Shown here in pieces: positions 55,052 to 64,000 of a DNA stretch of 64,000 nucleotides. The notes beneath the pieces are model-generated. The model was given only the letters and a program-made list of their open reading frames with translations. It had not been told where the DNA came from and did not search any database. The first letter of the stretch is position 1. Every line of letters starts with the position of its first letter. This stretch comes from Staphylococcus phage BSwM-KMM1: the sequence record OP902294.1. One strand, written 5' to 3'. The translations under genes were made by a program, and so were the position numbers.

Positions 55052-55554
55052 TACTTAACTTCCTCCTCCGCAAATACTTTACCATGTTCTTCAGTATCTT
55101 CTTCATCTTGAGAAGGTGCTGAGCCACCATCAATCTCATCTTCGATAGCAAGTACTTCATCACTATCATCAGAATCAGGCTCTGCATTGTTTTCGTAGTT
55201 GTCTAATTCAAAAGTACTAGCTGTATTTGCATTTGCTTGCCACTGAACAAATTCATTAGGGTCTTTACTATCACGAGGTTTAACGTAGTCTGTTTGAACG
55301 ATTTCACTGTCTTTAAGACCTTTAGTATTATTATCAACAATAATACCTAAACCTGCTAATAATGTTAGTATAGAACCTATGATATTTACACCTTGCTCAA
55401 TTTGAGCTGAGTAATCTAAACCAAAAGCACCTGTAATTTGATTAGCAAATAATGCTACTGCTGATATAATTGCTACCCAAAAAGTCTTACTCTTAGTTCT
55501 TGTGCTAAGGTTTATTCCTCCAACAACTTTAGGTTGTTTAGTTTCATTAGCCAT
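55051..55554 (-). CDS. holin
   Basis: [46 protein letters not shown]...; two TMs and an acidic C-terminus; immediately upstream of the endolysin. Confidence 0.75.
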   Translation of the reverse strand: MANETKQPKVVGGINLSTRTKSKTFWVAIISAVALFANQITGAFGLDYSAQIEQGVNIIGSILTLLAGLGIIVDNNTKGLKDSEIVQTDYVKPRDSKDPNEFVQWQANANTASTFELDNYENNAEPDSDDSDEVLAIEDEIDGGSAPSQDEEDTEEHGKVFAEEEVK

Positions 55555-55867
55555 TAAAAAACCGACCTTTCTGTTTATTATTTATTTCTAACAATAATAT
55601 AACAGTAGGTCGGTCATGTTTAACTATATTAATTTAACACTTACTCATTAATTTGATTTAATTTTTTGATAACTTCAGACATTTGTTTATTATCTAAATC
55701 TTCTAGTTTAGTATCAGGAAGTAGCTCTAACTTATCCCAAACTTCTTCTTTGTTAGAAACCTTATTGTTAATAACAGCTTTTCCAACTAAACTCTCTGTA
55801 TAGTATATTTGTTTTGCTGATGCCATTTATATCTCTCCTTTTGAATTCTAAGATTGCATTTATGTAA

Positions 55868-55937
55868 CACACCCTCTAAGAATCGAACTTAGACTAACAG
55901 GTAAAAGACCTGACGTGCTAACATTACACTAAGGGTG
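55868..55937 (-). tRNA. tRNA (anticodon ambiguous; UUU-type loop, possibly distorted by a homopolymer error)
   Basis: minus strand: ACACCCT acceptor, TA, GTGT/GCAC D-stem, anticodon-arm-like CAGG-TCTTTTA-CCTG, CTAAG-TTCGATT-CTTAG T-arm, AGGGTGT acceptor. Confidence 0.5.
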
Positions 55938-55944
55938 TTAATTT

Positions 55945-56018
55945 ACGACTCATACGAGATTCGAACTCGTACTCTCTGCCGTGACAGGGCAGTATGTTAA
56001 CCAGTTACATCAATGAGC
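55945..56018 (-). tRNA. tRNA-Asp (GTC)
   Basis: minus strand: GGCTCAT / TG / ATGT-AACTGGTTA-ACAT / CTGCC-CTGTCAC-GGCAG / ACGAG-TTCGAAT-CTCGT / ATGAGTC-G; full canonical cloverleaf. Confidence 0.75.
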
Positions 56019-56904
56019 CAAGAAAATACTATACCCTAACCCTTACCTTGGTGTATAGTAGGTTTTTATATAGGTTCAAAGCAACGTCTTTTATTACCAC
56101 TTACAAATAAAATATAACGAGGAGAAAGGGAAATGAACAAATAGTGGTAATTGGTACCTATATAGGAAATATGTATAATCTACAGGGAGGGAGATATTCG
56201 TTTTTAAAGGAGTGTGAATAATCTATAACATGAAAGAATGAAATTAAACTCCCTGTAGATTCTTTTAATTATCAATAAAAGGAGGAAACTGATAATTGTT
56301 AATAATAAACTATAAAGAGGAAAATATTTATAGTCACATTCTGATATAATGCAACTAAACATCCAAGCATAGCCCTTCTCACAGGGAACGTATGTATAAG
56401 ACCTGTTATTAAGTGAATCACTACGATTGACTCTATTAAGGAGCTACCTTAAGTCCATCTCACGCAATCCAAAAGGATAATGTGATACTAACATATTAGT
56501 TAATAACTTTCACACGGTACGAAGAATTAAATTATGTGGATATCATTATTTTTTCCAACATACCAAATATCTTTTAGTTCTGTAGATTTGTGCTACTTAT
56601 ACTGAGAACCTCTATTATCAAACACATTTCTGTGCTCCAACTACAGTTAGTCTTTACAGCGTATCTTTATAGGATTCCGCTAAGACCCTATAAAGAAGTT
56701 AAACCCTAGCTGTTCTCATACTCTACAGACCTTATACATAAGTACCAAGTATACCAATCATATCTAACGATACTAATGACGACCTATCCTACCGATTGAC
56801 TAACCCGATAAGTTTTAGTTCGTTTGATTATCTTGTACCTTATAGCTACCAAACTATTGTTCAGTCACTATGCTCAGATGTTTAGTTGTATTATTTATAT
56901 ATTA

Positions 56905-56933
56905 AGTATAACATAATATATATTATTTGTCAA
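56905..56933 (-). promoter_or_regulatory. promoter (TTGACA-17-TATACT) driving the ~1 kb leader toward the tRNAs
   Basis: minus strand reads ttgacaaataatatattatgttatact. Confidence 0.5.
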
Positions 56934-57038
56934 GTTAATTTAATAAAAAATTTTAAAAAACATTGTTATTATTTGAACTGGAAAACAATGTAATGAAAAA
57001 ACAGTGATGTGTAAGGTATTTGTTTTATTGTTAAATAC

Positions 57039-57067
57039 AGTATACCATAAACTGATACCTTTGTCAA
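57039..57067 (-). promoter_or_regulatory. promoter (TTGACA-17-TGgTATACT, extended -10)
   Basis: minus strand reads ttgacaaaggtatcagtttatggtatact. Confidence 0.5.
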
Positions 57068-57092
57068 GTTAATTTTATACTTTTTTATATTA

Positions 57093-57311
57093 TTATTTAT
57101 CTTTTGTTAATTCTTCTTGAATAGCATCCCATCTTCTTTCTGCTTCACTACGATTATCTTCTATATGTTTTGTAGTTTCACAACATTTAATACAGTATAT
57201 ATCTTTGATGTGTCCTTCTTCTCTTTTATTTGCTCTTTTTCTTGGTACTTTAAATACATTACCACATTCTTTACATACTAAACTTGAGTAAAACATTTTT
57301 TGTCTTTTCAT
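57093..57311 (-). CDS. small basic zinc-ribbon protein
   Basis: CKECG...CIKCC; preceded by the LTR-type module aaaaggaattgataattATG and promoter ttgact...tatagt. Confidence 0.5.
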   Translation of the reverse strand: MKRQKMFYSSLVCKECGNVFKVPRKRANKREEGHIKDIYCIKCCETTKHIEDNRSEAERRWDAIQEELTKDK

Positions 57312-57991
57312 AATTATCAATTCCTTTTCTTGTTTTATTTGATAGTTTAACTATATACTATATTGATAAATAAGTCAACAGTTTTATATAAAAAAGTTTA
57401 ATATTTTTGAAGAATCCTTTCATATCAGTACTTACAGAGAAAAAGTACGTATTTAGAAAATAAGGAGTACTCCTATTAAATATATTTATATTCTGATATT
57501 AGTAATTAATAATATTAAATATATAATTATAATTAACAAGAACAGAAAAACTATTATTCTGAATAAGTATCAAATATATTTAAAGTAAAATCCTTTCATA
57601 TCAGTACTTACAGAGAAAAAGTACGTATTTAGAAAATAAGGAAGTCCCTTATATCTATATATATATATATTACTATTAATAATTATTATCTATATTATAT
57701 ATATATATATTTAACGTTGGAGTCAACAATGATATAAATAAAAAGTGACTACTTAAAGTCACTCAATAATTAAAATACTAATTTAAAAGACTCAATTCTT
57801 TTCGGATTAATATAAACCTGAGGTGAAGTATTACTACTTTCAGTAAATACTTTAATTGATATAGAATCAGCACCACTAATCATATAATCTATATCTTGTC
57901 TACTAAATTTCTTTTCATCAGTAGATACTAAATAATACTTAGCTCCACTTGACATTGTTATTTCTACATGTTTTGACATCTACAATCTCTC

Positions 57992-58324
57992 CTATGCAAA
58001 TTTGTTAAAGACAAAGGATAATATAGCTCCTAGCACAAGCAAAAGAACTTTTTCCGTAGTATCCTTTTTCTTGGTATCTTTAGTTTTTGTACTCTCAGCA
58101 AGTTCTGAAATCTTCTCATCAAGTCTTTCTAACTGGACGTAAATTGCTGATTGTTTTTCACTATTGACAGCTACATCTTTATCTATACTGACTATCATTT
58201 TCCTTAGTTCAGCTACATCAACTTCTAAATCTTTGAAAGTCCCTCTATCTATATAATTACCTTCTTGTATCTTAGACTTAATTGTTTCTACTTGAGAAAC
58301 CAGGTTATTTATTTCCTTATCCAA
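57992..58324 (-). CDS. coiled-coil protein with C-terminal TM anchor
   Basis: ...KVLLLVLGAILSFVFNKFA at the C-terminus. Confidence 0.4.
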   Translation of the reverse strand: MDKEINNLVSQVETIKSKIQEGNYIDRGTFKDLEVDVAELRKMIVSIDKDVAVNSEKQSAIYVQLERLDEKISELAESTKTKDTKKKDTTEKVLLLVLGAILSFVFNKFA

Positions 58325-58336
58325 CTAGAATCACCT

Positions 58337-58792
58337 CTAAGGTTTAATCGTTTCAGACTCAGAATGAACATCATAATTTTCTAAGAAATCATTGATAATA
58401 TTCATATAATCATCTGTAACAATTTTTCCATAGGATGTTTTAACATCTATCTCAAATCTAAGTTTACCAAATTGTTGTAAATCAAGTTCTTTTATAACAA
58501 TATTAGGGTCTTCGGAAGGTAAGTAGTAGTAATCAAAGTATATGATGGAACCATTAATAAGGAGTCTATTTATTCTATACATATGGAAAAATTTTCTATC
58601 TCTTTTAAAATGGGATAGTGAATCTTTAAACTCTAACTTAAGGATATCTTTATATTTAGTCAAAGTGGTAACCTCCTTACTATTAATTTTTAAATTTACT
58701 TCTTTTGTGGTATAATAGTTATGATAAAGGCAGTTATTATAATTATGTTTAGGATAATGATAATAATTATTTTTTCTGTAAAAATAAGCCAA
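58337..58792 (-). CDS. hypothetical protein
   Basis: 151-aa ORF. Confidence 0.4.
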   Translation of the reverse strand: MAYFYRKNNYYHYPKHNYNNCLYHNYYTTKEVNLKINSKEVTTLTKYKDILKLEFKDSLSHFKRDRKFFHMYRINRLLINGSIIYFDYYYLPSEDPNIVIKELDLQQFGKLRFEIDVKTSYGKIVTDDYMNIINDFLENYDVHSESETIKP

Positions 58793-59099
58793 ATACTAAA
58801 AACAGATAAAGCATAGATAGCTGATAGATATACTATATTAATAGTTACCTTACTTTTATCTTTTTATAGATAGAATAACCTAAAGATGTTGTAACACCAC
58901 TAAGTATAAAATAATAGAAACAAAAAAGAGGTATAGACAGAAAAAAGATACGATAATCATCATTAAAACACCTATTTCTTTTGACCTATTATTTATAGAA
59001 CTTTTAGATTACACCACTAATATAACATTAAAAGACAGTCATAAAAGTCAATTGTTAGATTAATAATATAATAAAAAAGACAATAGGAGGTTAGAGTGG

Positions 59100-59555
59100 T
59101 TGAATAATAACATAGCTAAATTCATATTTAAAACACTAGTTATCATTATATTCTTACTACTAATTTTGTCTGTTATTAATTCCTTATCCCTTATTTATTC
59201 AATAAGACCAGGTGTAGTTATGACATACTTTATCTTTGGTGGTATTGTTTCATATGTTGCACTTACTATCATAGATAAGTTCTTACTGAAGAAAGAAGAC
59301 CCCTTACCTGAGTATATTCTTAAAGAAGTAGAGTTAACTAATAAAGAGGTAAAAATAATGAAGAAAATAATAGAAAGTAGTTATGGTATAACTTCAGAAG
59401 AGATAAAAGTAAGAGCAAAAGCACAAAGAAGAGTAGATGAAGATACTCAAAAGGAAGAGACGGATGAAGACAAAAAGCAAATTAAAGAACAAAGAAAAGA
59501 ACTAAAGGATGGTGCTAACTCTATTTCCTTAGTAAAAAAGGAGATAAAAGAATAG
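59100..59555 (+). CDS. membrane protein with K/E-rich tail (TTG start)
   Basis: RBS aggagg; two TM segments. Confidence 0.4.
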   Translation: MNNNIAKFIFKTLVIIIFLLLILSVINSLSLIYSIRPGVVMTYFIFGGIVSYVALTIIDKFLLKKEDPLPEYILKEVELTNKEVKIMKKIIESSYGITSEEIKVRAKAQRRVDEDTQKEETDEDKKQIKEQRKELKDGANSISLVKKEIKE

Positions 59556-60160
59556 TTAGTGCTAGTCGTATTTGTAGTCTTTGCGGTCAGCAATTATCAG
59601 GATTAAATTACACTAAAGGTAAAGCACTATCAAAAGTTAACCATTTTCATTTACAGTACTCTAAGTATATTTATTTTGATATTTGTGCAGATATTAATAA
59701 TTGTTATAAAAATTTAAGAAAAAGAGGTGAAATGGATTGAGTGCAGATAATATTAGAGATATAATTAACAAGAAAAAGTTAGAAGAAGAAGATACAAGAA
59801 AGTATATAGCTGATGGATTTATGAATGGTATCGGTAAATTAATGTATGAGTTTAATAAAAAGTAGATAATAAAGAAATAGAAGTTAAAGACCCTAACGAC
59901 TTATATAAACTATTCGTTATATTCTCTCAAATGCAAAATATGGTTAATGAGACTTCTGAGGGAGGAGCAATACCTCAATTGTCTAGACCACAACAAGAAT
60001 TATTTGAAGAGATTACAACAGAAGATAGTAATGGGGAATCTACAGTTGATTTACAAAAGATATCAGAAATGACAGCGGAAGATATTACAGCAATGATTTC
60101 TGAAAAAGAGAAAGTAATGAATGAGGAAAATTCCGAAACATTCTAAGGAGAGATAGATGT

Positions 60161-61976
60161 ATGGATGGAAAAGAACTAATTAAGATAGCACAAGAAACAT
60201 TTCAAACAGAAAAAATAACAAGGGAGCAGGTAGACCATATAATTAATATGTTAAACCCTTCTACCTATATGCTTAAGTACCATACTTTGAGGGGCACCCT
60301 ATTACTTTTAGTATTCCTAATAGGGATAGAAGTAAAGCACAAGCACATAGACCGTGGCAAACTAGGATTGTAAATGATACTCATCCTAATAAGGCTGTAA
60401 TAAAATCACGTCAGTTAGGTCTTAGTGAAATGGGTGTAATGGAAATGGTTCATTTTGCAGATATGCATAGCTATGCTAACGCAAAGTGTCTATATACATT
60501 CCCTACTAACGAACAAATGAAAAAATTTGTTCAGTCACGTTTGAACCCTGTTTTAGAAAAAGAATATTTTAGAGATATCGTTGATTGGGATAAAGACTCA
60601 TTAGGTTTTAAAAGATAAGAAACTCTAGCCTATTCTTTAGAACAAGTTCTAAAGCAAGTACTGTAGAGGGTGTAGATATTGACTATTTATCCTTAGATGA
60701 GTATGATAGGGTAAATTTATTAGCAGAGTCATCTGCATTAGAGTCAATGTCTTCATCACCTTTTAAGATTGTTAGAAGATGGAGCACACCTTCAGTACCT
60801 GGAATGGGTATTCATAAACTATACCAACAATCAGACCAATGGTATTATGGTCACAGATGTCAACATTGTGATTACTTAAATGAAATGAGTTATAATGATT
60901 ACAACCCTAATAACCTTGAAGAAAGTGGAAATATGTTATGTGTTAATCCGGATGGAGTAGATGAACAAGCTAAAACAGTTCAAAACGGTAGTTATCAATT
61001 TGTATGTCAGAGCTGTGGTAAACCATTAGATAGATGGTATAATGGTGAGTGGCATTGTAAGTACCCTGAACGTACGAAAGGTAATAAAGGGGTACGAGGA
61101 TATCTAATAACACAAATGAACGCTGTATGGATATCTGCGGATGAATTGAAAGAAAAAGAAATGAATACAGAATCTAAACAAGCATTCTATAATTATATTT
61201 TAGGTTATCCCTTTGAAGATGTTAAACTTAGAGTTAATGAAGAAGATGTTTATGGTAATAAATCTCCAATTGCAGAAACACAATTAATGAAACGAGGTAG
61301 ATATTCTCATATAGCTATCGGTATAGATTGGGGAAATACTCATTGGATAACTGTTCATGGTATGCTTCCTAATGGTAAAGTAGATTTAATAAGACTATTT
61401 TCTGTTAAGAAAATGACTAGACCTGATATGGTAGAGGCAGATTTAGAAAAAATAATTTGGGAAATTTCTAAGTATGACCCTGACATTATAATTGCAGATA
61501 ATGGAGATTCAGGTAATAATGTTCTAAAACTTATTAATCATTTTGGTAAAGATAAAGTATTTGGATGTACCTATAAATCGTCTCCTAAATCTACAGGACA
61601 GCTAAGACCTGAATTCAATGAAAATAATAATAGGGTTACAGTAGATAAGTTAATGCAAAACAAAAGATATGTCCAAGCACTTAAGACAAAAGATATTAGT
61701 GTTTATAGCACAGTAGATGATAGTTTAAGAACTTTCTTAAAACATTGGCAAAATGTTGTTATTATGGATGAAGAAGATGAGAAAACAGGAGAAATGTACC
61801 AAGTAATTAAACGTAAAGGTGACGACCACTATGCACAAGCAAGTGTCTACGCTTATATAGGATTAACGAGAATAAAAGAATTATTAAAAGAAGGAAATGG
61901 TACAAGCTTCGGTTCTACCTTTGTTTCTACTGATTACAACCAAGAAGGAAATAAACAATTCTACTTTGATGAATAG
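60161..61976 (+). CDS. terL: terminase large subunit (frameshifted at ~60296 G-run and ~60616 A-run)
   Basis: Three ORFs join to give ...VIKSRQLGLSEMG (Walker A-like) ... VDIDYLSLDEYDRV (Walker B) ... nuclease domain GDDHYAQASVYAYIG. Confidence 0.8.
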
Positions 61977-62753
61977 AGGTGAAATAGACTTGACAGATAA
62001 ATTATTTTATGATACAATTAATAATGAAGAAATTAATAAAAGTGTATTGAATTTGTTGTTAGGTGAGGAACTATCCTTAGATTATGTTTCTAAAAATAGT
62101 GATGAGTTAGATACTAAGTATAGTCATATTTATAAATCTTTAGGATTTGAAAACTTCTTTGATTGTTTCTTGTATGCTACTAGAGAGCCTGAGGTAGTTC
62201 ATAAAGGTGGAGATAAAAACCTAGGAGGACTAAATAAGGTTAAAAGAACTGTTGTTAGAAATGGCAAAGAAATGCAAATGACCGTTTACGAAGATGGTAA
62301 TGGAGATAACGACAGTAAAGAGAAACAAGAAGGCAAAGAAGAAGTTAGTAGAAGTGCGGTAGGAGCAAGAGCTATTTCTAACGGTGAAGAAGGAAAGGTA
62401 AACCCTAAAAAGTAGCAAACTCATTATCTAGTTTAAGTAGTAAAGGTGCTGATGTATCTCACGTTAGTACGAACTCATCTTTGTACAAAGAGTTTGTTGA
62501 TGAGAACGGTGATACACTAGGCATTACATCTTTTAAAAGAACTGAAAATGATATAATATTAGATTCTTATGCAAGTTCACCTGATTCAGATGGTGTAGGA
62601 GCTAGAGCTATTATGGAATTACTCCGTTTAAGTATTAAAGAAAATAAAAATGCAGTTGTATATAATATAGAGTTACCTGAAGCTATAGAGTATTTAAAAA
62701 CTTTAGGATTTAAACCTAATAAAGATGGATACATCTTAAGAAAAAAGATGTAA
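61967..62753 (+). CDS. hypothetical protein (frameshifted at A-run ~62410); internal VGARAI repeat
   Basis: 61967..62415 joins 62481..62753 through ...KVNPKKVANSLSSLSSKGADV... Confidence 0.4.
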
Positions 62754-62944
62754 AACAATTCTTAGGTGATTATAGTGATTTTATTTAGCACTATAATCAT
62801 CTATTCTATTGTTTTCATACTATATATTATAATAAAATTAGTTTGTATTAACACAAATATGAACAGAGTAGATAATACAACTGAATTACTACAGATATTA
62901 CAGGAAGATATTGAAAGTAAGATAAAAAAGGAAGGAAGAAATAA

Positions 62945-63424
62945 ATGACTTTAGAAGAAAATAAATTAACATTAGAAGAATCAATTACCCCGCTTAGCAA
63001 AGAGGAAAAGGAAGAAAGTATTAAAGAATTCAGTATCTTATTATGTGAAATGGTTAATAGATTATATAAATCTTATAACGTATTTAGACAAGACCCGATG
63101 GACGAAACACAGCGTTTAGACGGTTCACTTATGGTTTTTCAAAGTAGATTAAATGACCCATTAACTGGGGATTTACATGATAAGATGTATAAGCTTGCAT
63201 TCTCTAAACGTATTGACATTTTTGAAGCTAATAAGCAGTTTAGAAAAGATGTTGAAGCAGGAAAAGCAATTGAGTTAGGTGATGTTGCTATTACTGATAC
63301 AGCACTAAGTAATATACTTTCAGGTAATGAGTTCCAAGGAAGTATTTCATTTATGCTTAGAAAAGATTTTGAAGAAAAAGAAAGAATTAGAAAAGAAGAG
63401 GAAGAAAAACTTAATAATTTATAA
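62945..63424 (+). CDS. hypothetical protein
   Basis: 159-aa ORF overlapping the upstream ORF (ATGA). Confidence 0.4.
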   Translation: MTLEENKLTLEESITPLSKEEKEESIKEFSILLCEMVNRLYKSYNVFRQDPMDETQRLDGSLMVFQSRLNDPLTGDLHDKMYKLAFSKRIDIFEANKQFRKDVEAGKAIELGDVAITDTALSNILSGNEFQGSISFMLRKDFEEKERIRKEEEEKLNNL

Positions 63425-63464
63425 AGGGAAAGAATTATGAGACTATAAAAATGAGGTATCGTAA

Positions 63465-64000
63465 TTGAAAAAGAAATCAAAAGGTAATGAGGTAATAATA
63501 ACCATAATTACGGTTATGATAGCAATATTCATAGTTATTATGACCGTATTTTTTGATAAATATCAAGATGTTAAAGAAGATAGTGATAGATATCAAAGAA
63601 TAATAGAGATATATAAGAAATCAGATGATAATAATGGTGATACTAAAAAGGACTATGTAAAACGATTAAATAAAGCTGAAGAAGAACTTAAGAAGGTTAA
63701 AAAGAAACAAATTATAAAGGTTATAATGATAAATCAAAAAAGAAAAACAAGAATCAGATAAAGAAACTAGAGAAAAATATATGATGCAGATAGTGATGAT
63801 GATTTAATAGTAGTAAAAAACAATATTGAGTTTAGTGATAGTGTAGATAAACCTGAAATATTAATTAATGAAGAGGGTGTCGGTACTATAACTGTACCTG
63901 TAGGCAGTGGATATGAAGAAAAAACAGTAGGCTCTATAATAACGAGTGTATTGGGTTCACCCTATTTATCTTCCGATTTACCAAGTATAAGTGATGGAGG
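63465..64000 (+). CDS. hypothetical membrane-anchored protein (partial; frameshifts ~63700 and ~63790)
   Basis: N-terminal TM; the reading frame continues past listed ORF 63465..63761 after A-run corrections. Confidence 0.3.

Overview
The window is an AT-rich segment of a Staphylococcus Kayvirus (phage K / Twort-like myovirus), apparently assembled as a circular permutation. The assignment rests on the endolysin split across 53568-55051(-): its N-terminal CHAP domain and C-terminal amidase domain match what I recall of phage K LysK nearly residue for residue, and the 167-aa holin matches the phage K holin. The layout is:
- 1-20 kb: plus-strand accessory genes from the right end of the unique region. 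These include a metallophosphoesterase, a Prs-like/NAMPT-like pair, an HNH endonuclease, an Ltp-like lipoprotein and a DUF559/NUMOD nuclease.
- About 20.0-24.2 kb: small paralogous ORF families and repeat-rich noncoding DNA.
- About 24.2-32.6 kb: one collapsed copy of the ~8.4 kb long terminal repeat. It is packed with consensus sigma-A-type promoters (TTGACA-17-TATAAT), small host-takeover-type ORFs that share a stereotyped RBS/start module, and several unusual regulatory architectures.
- 32.6-55.9 kb: the left arm on the minus strand. It carries a NADAR protein, a PPP Ser/Thr phosphatase, a tRNA-like cluster, a nucleotidyltransferase, an AAA+ ATPase pair, MazG, a nucleoside 2-deoxyribosyltransferase, PhoH, RNase H, an XRE HTH regulator, an SLT transglycosylase, an SPFH protein, the LysK-like endolysin and the holin.
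- 55.9-56.0 kb: two tRNAs, one of them tRNA-Asp(GTC).
- 56.0-57.1 kb: a ~1 kb noncoding leader.
- From 60.2 kb: the start of the plus-strand morphogenesis module, beginning with the terminase large subunit.
A strong caveat applies to every ORF boundary. More than 25 genes are broken by +/-1 frameshifts, and every one I examined sits in a homopolymer run and is repaired by adding a single base. This is the signature of homopolymer undercalling (454/Ion Torrent/nanopore-type error), not of biology. No CRISPR array, rRNA or transposase is visible.
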